Below are positions 46,894-56,501 of a stretch of DNA of 64,000 nt, one piece after another. The translations under genes were made by a program, and so were the position numbers. How positions within the stretch are numbered: position 1 is the first letter of the stretch; each line of letters begins with the position of its first letter. The notes beneath the pieces are model-generated. The model was not told the origin of the DNA. It saw only the letters and a list, made by a program, of their open reading frames with translations, and searched no databases. The DNA is taken from assembly GCA_040879435.1 (NCBI GenBank), contig JBBDKG010000017.1:2060-66059 (forward strand), read 5' to 3'. The DNA comes from Minisyncoccota bacterium (lineage in GTDB: Bacteria; Patescibacteriota; Minisyncoccia; Phycocordibacterales; UBA918).

Positions 46894-46922
46894 GGCCGCG
46901 CGGTGATTCGCGCGGCCTTTTG
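46894..46922. terminator. intrinsic terminator GGCCGCGCG-gtgattc-GCGCGGCC + TTTTG
   Basis: GC-rich 8-9-bp stem between the micro-ORF (+) and the end of the 46930..47259 gene (-). Confidence 0.6.
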
Positions 46923-46929
46923 TAGGCAG

Positions 46930-47259
46930 CTATGCGGCCAGAACCGAATCGAGTGGCGACAGTTCGTTGTCTGCACTCGCAATTGTCTCAAGAATTTCTC
47001 TGTACTGGTCGCTGACGAGAAATTCATACGCTTCGCGAAAATATGCAGGCAACATCCCTGTCTTTTCATACAATGCAATTGTCTGGGGCATTCGCTTTTT
47101 CCAAAGATCCTTGCCTTGCGCACACCGCGGTACGAACCACCAGTCATCAATGAGGCTGATGATCTCAACGTTGGACCCACTTATATTGAGCCTCCTAGCA
47201 GCATTACTGATGATGAACTCCGCATCAGCGGGCAACACCACATCTGTGTCTTTATTCAC
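46930..47259 (-). CDS. hypothetical protein between uvrC and uvrA
   Basis: Listed ORF 46930..47319 begins with TTG. An internal GTG at 47259 is preceded by GAGGGTG and gives 109 aa. No family recognised. Confidence 0.35.
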   Translation of the reverse strand: MNKDTDVVLPADAEFIISNAARRLNISGSNVEIISLIDDWWFVPRCAQGKDLWKKRMPQTIALYEKTGMLPAYFREAYEFLVSDQYREILETIASADNELSPLDSVLAA

Positions 47260-47338
47260 ACCGCACCCTCTCGCTATGTGTTGAAATGACCTGGACGTTC
47301 TAAAGTTCCAGTATAGCAATAAAATCTTCTTTTGTACC

Positions 47339-49987
47339 CTACTTTTTCAACATCCGCTTCAAATACGTACCGGTATGCGACTTCGCGTTCTGGGCTACCT
47401 GTTCGGGTGTCCCCTTTGCCACGATCTCTCCACCACCAGCCCCTCCTTCCGGCCCAATGTCGATGACGTAGTCAGCGCACTTGATAAGGTCAAGGTTGTG
47501 TTCAATGACCATGACCGTGTTACCACGATTCACAAGCTCCTGAAGGATCGAGATAAGGAGCGCAACATCCTCGTAATGGAGTCCAATCGTCGGCTCATCA
47601 AGCAGATAGATCGTCTTCTGTGTGTGTGGTCGGTAGAGCTCTGATGCAATCTTCACTCGTTGGGCTTCACCACCGGAAAGCGTGGTTGCGCTCTGTCCGA
47701 GTTCAAGGTAGCCGAGTCCAACATCAAGCATCGTTTTCAAACGCTCATAGATCGCCGGTACGTCGATAAAGAACTCGGCAGCTTCTTCAACGGTCATATG
47801 AAGGATCTGGTCGATATTCTTTTTCTTGTACGTGACCTCAAGCGTCTCCTTGGTGAAGCGCTTTCCTCCGCATATGTCACACTCAACGAACACTGTCGGG
47901 AGAAAGTGCATCTCAACCGCGATCATGCCATTCCCCTGACACGCCTCACACCGACCGCCCTTCACATTGAACGAGAAGCGTCCCGGCTTCCAGCCGCGAG
48001 CGCGTGATTCGCTGGTTGCAGCAAACAGGTCACGAATGTGTGTGAACGCTCCGATATACGTTGCGGGATTCGAGCGTGGCGTGCGGCCGATCGGCGACTG
48101 GTCAATGAGGATCGAGCGGCCTAGATACTCGGAACCCTCGAATGAAGCAGCATTATATGTATGTGGCGTGCGGTACCGCTTCTCCAGCCTCGAGCGCAGG
48201 TTCTTGTGCAGAATCTCATACATGAACGTAGACTTGCCGGAACCTGATACACCGGTGAGTGCAATGAAGCGTCCCAACGGAACATCGATGTGCAGGTTCT
48301 TGATATTGAATGCTTTGCCGCCGCGAATCTTCACTGAACCCTTCTCGCTTTCCCGTCGCTCCTTCGGGATATCTATTTTTTTCTCCCCGCGCAGGTACTG
48401 GAGTGTGAGGGACTTGCTTTTGTTCTGTTTTGCGGAAAGCAACGGCTCAAGGTAGTCCGCGACGACCACCTCACCGCCGTGCACGCCGGCTCCAGGACCG
48501 ATGTCCACAAGGTAGTCAGCGGCAAAGATCGTATCCTCATCATGCTCGACCACAATGATCGTGTTCCCGAGGTTACGAAGATCGGTGAGGGTCTTTATGA
48601 GCCGGTCGTTGTCGCGTTGATGGAGTCCGATGGTCGGCTCATCGAGCACATACAAGGCACCCACCAGTCCTGAACCGAGCTGAGACGCCAACCTGATACG
48701 TTGTGCTTCCCCGCCTGAGAGCGTATTGGCACGGCGGTTCAGGGTGAGGTACTCGATACCCACGTCATTCATGAACTGCAACCGGTCGATGATCTCACGA
48801 AGTGCTGGCCACGCGATGTCGTGGTCCTTCTTGCTGAGTTTGAGGCTTGAAACGAAATCCACCGCCTCTTTGACGGTCATGTTGGTGAAGGCGACAATAT
48901 TGATACCAAGGTCGTTCTTGCCGTTCCCTCCCAGGTAGACGCGGAGTGCCTCCTTACGCAGCCGTGCACCTTTGCATTCCGGACACTCGTCAGACTGAAA
49001 GATGCCCACGGTTCCCAACCCGTTGCACTCCGGACAGGCTCCATACGGAGAGTTGAACGAAAAGAGCCGCGGCTCCACTTCCGGAAAGGATGATCCGTCT
49101 ACAGGACAGATGAACTTTGCTGAAAGAATACGCTCAGTTCCATCCGGACTCTGCACCTTTATGAGACCATCAGCCTCAGCGAGGGCAAGCTCGACCGCTT
49201 CAGACAACCGCTCGTGTGACCCTTTTGGATCAGCGGTGAATTCACTCACATAGATCTCATCGACGAGAACGTCAATGTCGTGGCGTTTGGTCTTTGTGAG
49301 TTCGATCTTCTCGCGAAGCTGCTTGATCTGCCCGTCAATCTTCACGGTCTCATACCCTTTCGCGAGCAGGTCATACAACATCTGGTAGTACTCCCCTTTT
49401 CGACCCACAACGACCGGCGCAAAGATACTCACCCGACCTTTTGAAAGTTCAATGCCCATCACTTGCTCTTTTTTTGAAGCGCCACTCTTAAATTCCTTTT
49501 CCTCGATCGACTTCAGAATGATCCCAAGGATCTCGTCTTGTGAGAGTTTCTGAATCGGTACATCAACATCAAGACAGTACGGTTGCCCAATGCGCGCATA
49601 AAGGATACGCAGGTAGTCGTAGATCTCGGTGATGGTTGCGACCGTTGAACGCGGATTCCTGCTTGCTGATTTCTGATCGATCGAGATGGCCGGTGAGAGA
49701 CCACTTATCTCGTCCACATCAGGCTTCTGCATCTGGCGCAGGAACTGTCGCGCGTATGCGGAAAGAGATTCAATGTATCGTCGCTGACCCTCAGCAAAGA
49801 TTGTATCGAACGCAAGGGACGACTTTCCAGACCCTGATTTGCCGGTGAAGACCGTCATCGTGTTGCGCGGGATCTCCACGTCAACATTCTTCAGATTATG
49901 GGTACGTGCTCCCCGCACGATGATCTTGTCGCTTTTCCCTGCATCCCACCCTGTTCTGGTGTCCTTCTTAGGTTTTCCTGTTGCCAT
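47339..49987 (-). CDS. uvrA: excinuclease ABC subunit A
   Basis: Two ABC ATPase modules (GKSGSGKSSLAF and GVSGSGKSTF Walker A), LSGGEAQR signatures and zinc-finger cysteines. 882 aa. Confidence 0.95.
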   Translation of the reverse strand: MATGKPKKDTRTGWDAGKSDKIIVRGARTHNLKNVDVEIPRNTMTVFTGKSGSGKSSLAFDTIFAEGQRRYIESLSAYARQFLRQMQKPDVDEISGLSPAISIDQKSASRNPRSTVATITEIYDYLRILYARIGQPYCLDVDVPIQKLSQDEILGIILKSIEEKEFKSGASKKEQVMGIELSKGRVSIFAPVVVGRKGEYYQMLYDLLAKGYETVKIDGQIKQLREKIELTKTKRHDIDVLVDEIYVSEFTADPKGSHERLSEAVELALAEADGLIKVQSPDGTERILSAKFICPVDGSSFPEVEPRLFSFNSPYGACPECNGLGTVGIFQSDECPECKGARLRKEALRVYLGGNGKNDLGINIVAFTNMTVKEAVDFVSSLKLSKKDHDIAWPALREIIDRLQFMNDVGIEYLTLNRRANTLSGGEAQRIRLASQLGSGLVGALYVLDEPTIGLHQRDNDRLIKTLTDLRNLGNTIIVVEHDEDTIFAADYLVDIGPGAGVHGGEVVVADYLEPLLSAKQNKSKSLTLQYLRGEKKIDIPKERRESEKGSVKIRGGKAFNIKNLHIDVPLGRFIALTGVSGSGKSTFMYEILHKNLRSRLEKRYRTPHTYNAASFEGSEYLGRSILIDQSPIGRTPRSNPATYIGAFTHIRDLFAATSESRARGWKPGRFSFNVKGGRCEACQGNGMIAVEMHFLPTVFVECDICGGKRFTKETLEVTYKKKNIDQILHMTVEEAAEFFIDVPAIYERLKTMLDVGLGYLELGQSATTLSGGEAQRVKIASELYRPHTQKTIYLLDEPTIGLHYEDVALLISILQELVNRGNTVMVIEHNLDLIKCADYVIDIGPEGGAGGGEIVAKGTPEQVAQNAKSHTGTYLKRMLKK

Positions 49988-50086
49988 AGCATATCGCCAG
50001 CGCGTGCAGGCGCTGGTTGGTATCGGCTATTCTAGTATAAAACACGGTGCTGTGCCACTCGCACAAGATCTCCACCACACAGCTCT

Positions 50087-50695
50087 CTACTCAACGCTCA
50101 AGAACTCTGAATCAGACCGGTCATACATGCCATGACGGTTCTGAACGAGTGCCTTGATCCAGTAGTCACCGGTATCATATGCTTCAGTATTCCACGTGAA
50201 CTTCCACCGATCCTCACCCATTGCGATCGCTTCACCAAGACGGTGATACTCACCGGTCGCTGTCTCAAACGCAAACACCTCTATCGAGGTTGCGCGGGGC
50301 ACATCCATCAGGATGTTGAATACGCCGGGTGCGATCTCTTGGTATGTGAATTGTGCATTCGGGGTCTTTGAGCGCCGATCCTTGCAATCATCCGCACACA
50401 CTACTGCTGCCACGTTTGCCACACGAGTCGCCTCCACGATGTAGTTTGTGGCGGTTGTTTCGATATAGTTATAGGTGAAGACAAGGGCAAGAAAAACAAA
50501 CGCAAACCCACCAATGCGCGCAGTCTGAAGCGCAAGCCGTTCTGCATCCATCGGCCAACGGTATGGAGAAAGCGCCATGATCGAGAGTGAGGTTCTCGCT
50601 GAAGAAAGTGACGAGGTCTTCTTCGAACCACGCGCTCGTGTTGCGCGCTTACGAACCGGCTTCTTTGGTGGCGTTGTACGACTCGATGTGCTCAT
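50087..50695 (-). CDS. hypothetical protein with basic S/T/R/K-rich N-terminus, one TM helix and C-terminal beta-rich domain
   Basis: 202-aa ORF with uncertain start (internal Mets at residues 40 and 49). Located between uvrA and uvrB. Confidence 0.35.
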   Translation of the reverse strand: MSTSSRTTPPKKPVRKRATRARGSKKTSSLSSARTSLSIMALSPYRWPMDAERLALQTARIGGFAFVFLALVFTYNYIETTATNYIVEATRVANVAAVVCADDCKDRRSKTPNAQFTYQEIAPGVFNILMDVPRATSIEVFAFETATGEYHRLGEAIAMGEDRWKFTWNTEAYDTGDYWIKALVQNRHGMYDRSDSEFLSVE

Positions 50696-50757
50696 TCACA
50701 TACAGTATACCGTGTGCACACGACATATATGAACTGTACGTTGTCGATAACTCTAGG

Positions 50758-52797
50758 TCACTTCTTGCTCTTCTTCTTAAAACCAAGGTTCTCCAGCACC
50801 TGCACCTCATCACGTAAGATGGCTGCTGTCTCGAAATCAAGGATCGCAACAGCCTCTGCCATCTGTCTCCGCTTTTCCTTGATGAGCTTCTTAGGGTTCT
50901 TTGCAAAAAGTTCTTTATCAACCTCAACAAGCGTTGCAACCGTACGCTGATGCTCGGTCCGCATCTGGTCAGTGATGTCCCGGATCTCCTTTGCAATGCT
51001 CTTCGGCGTGATGCCGTGTTCCTTGTTGTATGCAAGCTGACGTTCCTGCCTACGGTTGGTCTCGCCGATGGCCTTTTCCATTGAACGGGTCACTTCGTCG
51101 GCATAAAGCACCACACGTCCTTTGATGTTGCGGGCGGCACGTCCTATGGTTTGTATGAGCGACGTTTCGCTTCGAAGGAATCCTTCCTTGTCTGCGTCGA
51201 GAATTGCCACTAGCTCGACCTCGGGAAGATCGAGTCCTTCACGCAGCAGGTTCACACCCACCAGACAGTCGAATTCACCACGACGGAAATTGGTAAGTAT
51301 CTCAATCCGTTCGAGGGTCTTGATATCGCTGTGTATGTATTCCGACTTAATATTCCGCTCCTTCAGGAATTCCGCAAGGTCCTCCGCCATCTTCTTGGTG
51401 AGTGTCGTCACCAGTACGCGGCCGCCTCCCTGGATCACTGTTTCGGCTTCAGCAATGAAGTCCTTTATCTGTCCGGGATAGCTTCCCTTTTCGACGATCG
51501 GCCGCATATCGATCTCCGGATCCACTAGTCCGGTTGGTCGAATGATCTGCTCAACGAACTGACCCTTCGGTGCGACCGAGTGCTCGTATTCATAGGTACC
51601 GGGTGTGGCTGACGTATAGATGCGTTGGCCCACACGCTCCTCAAACTCTTTGAAGTTAAGTGGACGGTTATCGACAGCGCTCGGCAACCGGAACCCATGC
51701 TCAACAAGCGTGTTCTTTCGTGAGCGGTCACCTGCGAACATGCCAGCAAGTTGCGGGATGGTGACATGGGACTCGTCGACAACAGTGAGGAAGTCGGGGG
51801 TACCGTCCTTTGTGTGCGGAAAATATGAAAGGAGCGTATACGGCGCGTCCCCGGGCTGGCGGCCGTCGAAATGACGTGAGTAGTTCTCAATGCCATTGCA
51901 GTACCCGAACTCCCGAATACGAGCAAGGTCGTGCTCGGTACGCCGTTTGATCCGCTCGGCCTCAAGCAGCTTTCCTTCTTTCTTGAATTTCTTTAACTGC
52001 TCCGCAAGCTCTTCCTTGATCTGTGCGACCGCTCGTTTCTTCTCATCCTCGGGTGTGACAAAGTGCTTTGCCGGAAAGAGATAGAAAAGATCAGGTTCTT
52101 CGATAATGGCTCGTGAAATGGAATCGATCTTCGTGATCGCTGAGACCGTGTCACTGGCAAACCCGAGGCGATAGATCACTCGTTCGTTCGTCGGCATGAT
52201 CTCGACGGTGTTGCCGACGGCACGGAAACTTCCTGGGGTGAGGTCTGCGTTCGTGCGCTCGAAATACATATCAACAAGCGTACGGAGCATCTCAGTACGT
52301 GTTGTTTTGAACCCGCGTTCGATCTTGCGGTGCACCTTCTCGTATTGTATCGGGGAACCGAGGCCGTAAATACAGGAGACCGATGCAATGATGATCACAT
52401 CGGAACGCGTGAGGAGGGCTTGTGTGGAGGCGTGCCGCAACCGGTCGATTTCCTCGTTGATCTGCGCTTCTTTCTCGATGTATGTATCAGACACCGGCAT
52501 GTATGCCTCCGGCTGGTAGTAGTCATAGTATGAGACGAAATAGTGTACGGCGTTGTCCGGAAAGAAGTCGCGATACTCCTGTGCCAACTGAGCGGCAAGT
52601 GTTTTGTTGTGTGCTATCACCAAAGTTGGTTTTTGCACGTGCTGGATCACGTTGGCAGCGGTAAACGTCTTTCCAGAGCCAGTGACGCCCAAAAGCGTCT
52701 GGTGCTCCATACCAGATTCGATTCCCTTCACCAGTGACGCTATGGCTTTAGGCTGGTCACCCGCAGGCGTCTTTTCAGTTGAGATCTTGAATTTCAC
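50758..52797 (-). CDS. uvrB: excinuclease ABC subunit B
   Basis: Helicase motif I GVTGSGKTFT, beta-hairpin region and C-terminal UVR domain. 679 aa. Confidence 0.95.
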   Translation of the reverse strand: MKFKISTEKTPAGDQPKAIASLVKGIESGMEHQTLLGVTGSGKTFTAANVIQHVQKPTLVIAHNKTLAAQLAQEYRDFFPDNAVHYFVSYYDYYQPEAYMPVSDTYIEKEAQINEEIDRLRHASTQALLTRSDVIIIASVSCIYGLGSPIQYEKVHRKIERGFKTTRTEMLRTLVDMYFERTNADLTPGSFRAVGNTVEIMPTNERVIYRLGFASDTVSAITKIDSISRAIIEEPDLFYLFPAKHFVTPEDEKKRAVAQIKEELAEQLKKFKKEGKLLEAERIKRRTEHDLARIREFGYCNGIENYSRHFDGRQPGDAPYTLLSYFPHTKDGTPDFLTVVDESHVTIPQLAGMFAGDRSRKNTLVEHGFRLPSAVDNRPLNFKEFEERVGQRIYTSATPGTYEYEHSVAPKGQFVEQIIRPTGLVDPEIDMRPIVEKGSYPGQIKDFIAEAETVIQGGGRVLVTTLTKKMAEDLAEFLKERNIKSEYIHSDIKTLERIEILTNFRRGEFDCLVGVNLLREGLDLPEVELVAILDADKEGFLRSETSLIQTIGRAARNIKGRVVLYADEVTRSMEKAIGETNRRQERQLAYNKEHGITPKSIAKEIRDITDQMRTEHQRTVATLVEVDKELFAKNPKKLIKEKRRQMAEAVAILDFETAAILRDEVQVLENLGFKKKSKK

Positions 52798-52846
52798 TGT
52801 GCGAGTATAGCAAATTTATGGGCGGTGCGTTTCCGCACCGCCCATG

Positions 52847-53479
52847 TCAGCTTGCCTGCAACTCCCGCAGTGCATCCTCCAACTCATGGATAAGAATGCA
52901 TTCCTTTTCTGCGAGCGCCAGGTAGAAGTCCTGCGTCTCCTGTATTTTTCGTGACCGCTTTTCGGCGTCGGTCTCCCACAGCGTCAGCAGATTGTGTAGT
53001 CGGTCGGCAAGCTTGATGATGACCGACTCACGCGGTGCGTGAAGCAGGTTCTCGTGGTACCTGCGATCACGCTCACGTTTGTCGTCTCCAAACTCTTTGA
53101 GCTTGGGCTTGGTAACGTACCAAACGAGCATTGCGACCCGAGGGCCGAAGAGATCACGCACCCGGTTATAGTCCCATCCCTCGATATCTTCCACAATATC
53201 GTGGAGCAACGCCGCAATGATCACGTCGGTGTCACGAACACGCAGGTGCACCATGAGGATGAGAGCGACTGAGCGAAGGTGTTCAAAGTACCGGTCGCCT
53301 CCATCCCTGACAACCTCGGCAAATGCGACCTTGGCCGTGTGGTACGCCTTTTCAATTTTCAGATACCGTTCGTCATCGGGTGGGTAGTACCGAAGCACGA
53401 TCCCCATGAACGACTCACGGTCCTTGTGGTTCTGTATGCATTCCCGGACACGGTCGAGTGTCATGAGGACCTCCTTCAA
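52847..53479 (-). CDS. HD-domain (p)ppGpp hydrolase-like protein, second paralog
   Basis: HLRSVALILMV...ALLHDIVEDI is the HD motif of the SpoT hydrolase fold. 210 aa. Paralogous to 10111..10752. Confidence 0.7.
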   Translation of the reverse strand: MKEVLMTLDRVRECIQNHKDRESFMGIVLRYYPPDDERYLKIEKAYHTAKVAFAEVVRDGGDRYFEHLRSVALILMVHLRVRDTDVIIAALLHDIVEDIEGWDYNRVRDLFGPRVAMLVWYVTKPKLKEFGDDKRERDRRYHENLLHAPRESVIIKLADRLHNLLTLWETDAEKRSRKIQETQDFYLALAEKECILIHELEDALRELQAS

Positions 53480-53606
53480 TTCGAAAGGAACAATCGAACA
53501 ACTATTAAAACATAATCGCTGTGATAGTCAAGTCTGTGTGGTCTCCTGCTATTTGACAACCGCATTCTGTGAGAGTACGGTCATCGACAAGAGAAGGAGT
53601 TCTTTC

Positions 53607-54035
53607 ATGTATAAGAGGCATATCGGACGTGTTACCGGCGGCAATCCTGCGAAACGGAAATACGAGCTTCCGATCCCGTACGTCCGCCGAACCGATCGTG
53701 CATACGTGCCGAACGATACAAGTGGGGTGTACTGCGGTGATCCCCGTCGCTTGATACCGTCTTCCCGCAAACAGGTGGGCAAGCTCAACCAAGCGGTGCA
53801 GAAAATGTGCGGCGCGGTCGTCTGTTTTATGGACCTGCCAGAGAACAGCCGGTATCTTTCGATCACGCTTGCGCTTGATGTCGGATACACGGACTATGAG
53901 TCGCGGTGGGCAATTGTCGAAGAAGCGCTCACCAGCGCATTCTCAATACCCATCCATGACACCGTATTCCGGCCCAAACGGAGAAGTATCAGACTTCCGA
54001 AGAGACGGAAGCGAACAAAACGCAGCGCGGCTTAA
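53607..54035 (+). CDS. hypothetical protein with strongly basic C-terminal tail
   Basis: AAGGAGttctttcATG RBS. 142 aa ending RPKRRSIRLPKRRKRTKRSAA. A TTGACAAC -35-like element lies ~55 nt upstream. The listed longer ORF (53406..) overlaps the HD gene and is rejected. Confidence 0.4.
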   Translation: MYKRHIGRVTGGNPAKRKYELPIPYVRRTDRAYVPNDTSGVYCGDPRRLIPSSRKQVGKLNQAVQKMCGAVVCFMDLPENSRYLSITLALDVGYTDYESRWAIVEEALTSAFSIPIHDTVFRPKRRSIRLPKRRKRTKRSAA

Positions 54036-54047
54036 CCGCGCTGCTTT

Positions 54048-55244
54048 CTATTGACCAAGGATCTGCTCTCGCAGCTGCTTCGTGAATTGAACGATAACGT
54101 ATAAATTATGGATCGAAGCAAGATGTGCAGCGAGCATCTCGTTCGCACGGAAAAGATGAGACAGATACGCTTTCGTGTACCTGCTGCAGACGTGACAGTC
54201 ACAACCTTCATCAAGCTTCGAAAAATCACGAACATACTTCGCATTCAGGAGGTTCACCCTCTTGATCCCCTCATTCGTATGAATATAAATGGTCGCGTTT
54301 CGTGCAAGACGGGTCGGCGCAACGCAGTCAAAGGTGTCGCATCCCATAGCAACACCCTGCACGATGTCGTCCGGCTCACCGATACCGAGAAGATGTCGCG
54401 GCCTATCCTCCGGCAAGTTCTCATTCACAACCCGCAACGACTCGTTCAAATCCTCCTTCGAGAATGACCCACCGATACCGAAGCCGTCAAAATCCATATC
54501 CGCAAGCGTTCGCGCACTCTCGATGCGAAGGTCAGAGAAGCGTCCTCCTTGCGCCACGCCATAGAGGCCCTGCTTTTTGAGCGCGTCATAGTTCTGCTTG
54601 TGCGCCATGATAGAGCGCTTTGCCCATCGGTGTGTCCGCTCCATTGCCTCTTTTTGATATGCATAGTCTGCTGAAGGAGAGGTGCACTCATCGAACGCAA
54701 TGATGATGTCTGCACCGATGGCGTGTTGGATATCGATCGAGCGCTCTGCAGTGAAGCGGTGCATCGAGCCGTCGTGATGTGACGTGAAGGTCACTCCCTC
54801 CTCATCAATGACACACAACTTCCCGTGGCTCTGCGCCAACTCCTTGGAATACACGTTCAAACCGTCGGCATGTTCCATGTCCTCACCTTTTGCAAACTTG
54901 GTCACTCCCTTCCCGAACGCAGCGCCAAGAGAAAAGACTTGAAAGCCGCCCGAGTCGGTCATGGTCGGCATGTTCCAGTTGGCGAATGCATGAAGTCCCC
55001 CCGCTTCCTTCACGACCTCATGTCCCGGCTGGAGGTAGAGATGATAGGTGTTTGCGAGCGCAGCCTGCGCTCCTACGTATTCAGTGAGGTCCTCAGGCTT
55101 TAGAGACTTCACCGTTCCCTTCGTACCCACGGCAATAAAAGCCGGTGTTTCAATGTCGCCATGCGGAGTATGGATAACACCCGCGCGGCCAAGTGTGCCG
55201 CGTTGCGTTTTCTGTACTTCAAATGTGACTGGTTTTGCCTGCAT
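54048..55244 (-). CDS. tgt: queuine tRNA-ribosyltransferase
   Basis: 399 aa from MQAKPVTFEV. TIM-barrel TGT with the C-terminal zinc site CDCHVCSRYTKAYLSHL and catalytic-region motif DCVAPTR. The listed 530-aa ORF has a 132-codon non-protein-like N-terminal extension. Confidence 0.9.
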   Translation of the reverse strand: MQAKPVTFEVQKTQRGTLGRAGVIHTPHGDIETPAFIAVGTKGTVKSLKPEDLTEYVGAQAALANTYHLYLQPGHEVVKEAGGLHAFANWNMPTMTDSGGFQVFSLGAAFGKGVTKFAKGEDMEHADGLNVYSKELAQSHGKLCVIDEEGVTFTSHHDGSMHRFTAERSIDIQHAIGADIIIAFDECTSPSADYAYQKEAMERTHRWAKRSIMAHKQNYDALKKQGLYGVAQGGRFSDLRIESARTLADMDFDGFGIGGSFSKEDLNESLRVVNENLPEDRPRHLLGIGEPDDIVQGVAMGCDTFDCVAPTRLARNATIYIHTNEGIKRVNLLNAKYVRDFSKLDEGCDCHVCSRYTKAYLSHLFRANEMLAAHLASIHNLYVIVQFTKQLREQILGQ

Positions 55245-55296
55245 GATGTAATAGTAATGTGGAAAGGCCAGCTGCGAAAGCAACTGGCCTTGATTC

Positions 55297-55815
55297 TTAC
55301 GCAGCGCGACGCATGAAATTCTGGACCGAGTCATGCTCGAGTACGCCGACGAAAGCGTGGAGGAGTGCGTTCGGTTTCCCGTACTGCAGAAGTGCGTCGA
55401 CGTACGCAGGCGACTGAACCGTGCGTTCAGGGCTGAAGATACTCCCAGTGACCGAGATCGAGCACACATGTTCAGAGACCGGTCGGTCCACCCAACTGCC
55501 ATTACCCGGTGACCGTACGGTCTCGAAGAACTGTACCGAATGCCCTTTGTCTCCGAAAATGTAAGAGAGTGTCTCATGACAAAAGCTGAGCAGACGCGGA
55601 AAACCATACGAGACCGACATACCATGAAATGGCAGTTCAAGCCGATGACCTCCCTCGTGTGCGTAGCGCGTCGTCATCTGGGGATCGGCGTATGAAGTGC
55701 TGATATGCAGCCCGAGCGCATGCGCCAATTCCTCACTCCGCTGAAAGTTGAACCCCTCCTTGTCTTCTTCCATCTCGCGACACAGGCTCTTCAGTCGTCC
55801 AAAGTCGATGTTCAT
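55297..55815 (-). CDS. hypothetical His-rich protein
   Basis: 172-aa ORF with no family recognised. Confidence 0.35.
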   Translation of the reverse strand: MNIDFGRLKSLCREMEEDKEGFNFQRSEELAHALGLHISTSYADPQMTTRYAHEGGHRLELPFHGMSVSYGFPRLLSFCHETLSYIFGDKGHSVQFFETVRSPGNGSWVDRPVSEHVCSISVTGSIFSPERTVQSPAYVDALLQYGKPNALLHAFVGVLEHDSVQNFMRRAA

Positions 55816-55911
55816 GCCTTCTCTCCCGTTCGAGTCTGAGCGCAGTCTACCCTACGAAAACAAAAAGACAAGGACTGTCCTTGTCTTTGTGATTCTAGCC
55901 ATCATGTTCGA

Positions 55912-56451
55912 TTATTCGATCTCGATCAACTCAATAGCAAACACCAGCGTTGCATTCCCCGGGATCGGACCATATCCGGACTTTCCATACCCAAGTTCAG
56001 GCGGCACCACAAGAATGCGCTGTCCACCCTCTTTCATACCAACGACGCCTTCTTCCCACCCTTCGATCACCTTACCGGCACCGACAGTGAACACAAACGG
56101 TTCACCCTTGGTATGGCTGTTGTCGAACTGCTGTCCGCTCTCGAGCGTACCGATGTAATGTACGGAAATAGTGTCACCTTCTTCGGCCGCATCTCCCGTA
56201 CCAAGTACCACATCATCGATGATCAGACGGTCTACCTTGCCTGTTTCTGCAGACGCCTCCACAATGGCATTTGCGCGTGCCGCGTCCCTGGTCACGTCAT
56301 CAGCCACCACCACAGACGCCTGCTGTGATCGCTCTGCAGTTTCACCCTGACTGAAGAGTGAAGTTTCCATACGCATCAGGAAGAGCGCCAACACCATAGC
56401 GACAACACTCACCCCGATCCCGATTGCTTCAAATTTACTTACCTTTATCAT
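55912..56451 (-). CDS. FKBP-type peptidyl-prolyl cis-trans isomerase with N-terminal membrane anchor
   Basis: C-terminal FKBP domain (GDTISVHYIGTLESGQQFDNS...PFVFTVGAGKVIEGWEEGVVGMKEGGQRILVVPPELGYG). Likely start at MIKVSKFEAIG. Confidence 0.75.
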   Translation of the reverse strand: MIKVSKFEAIGIGVSVVAMVLALFLMRMETSLFSQGETAERSQQASVVVADDVTRDAARANAIVEASAETGKVDRLIIDDVVLGTGDAAEEGDTISVHYIGTLESGQQFDNSHTKGEPFVFTVGAGKVIEGWEEGVVGMKEGGQRILVVPPELGYGKSGYGPIPGNATLVFAIELIEIE

Positions 56452-56501
56452 AATGTAGTAGGGACATAGTAATGGAAAGGTTGTCAAGTTGCAACCTTCC
56501 G

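Noticed and set aside
46792-47289. Plus-strand 165-aa ORF overlapping the uvrC-uvrA spacer
   Set aside because: The translation is C/W/R-rich and non-protein-like. It overlaps a more plausible minus-strand gene (46930-47259) and the micro-ORF/terminator.
53406-54035. Long form (209 aa) of the plus-strand gene starting inside the HD-hydrolase gene
   Set aside because: It would overlap the HD gene by 70 nt on the opposite strand, and the N-terminal part is Ser/Arg-rich junk. The start with a perfect AAGGAG RBS at 53607 is preferred.
54048-55640. 530-aa ORF suggesting a long N-terminal extension on Tgt
   Set aside because: The first 132 codons are low-complexity, Cys/Ser/Arg-rich and not protein-like. 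The canonical Tgt N-terminus (MQAKPVTFEV) begins at 55244, so the extension is an open-frame artefact.
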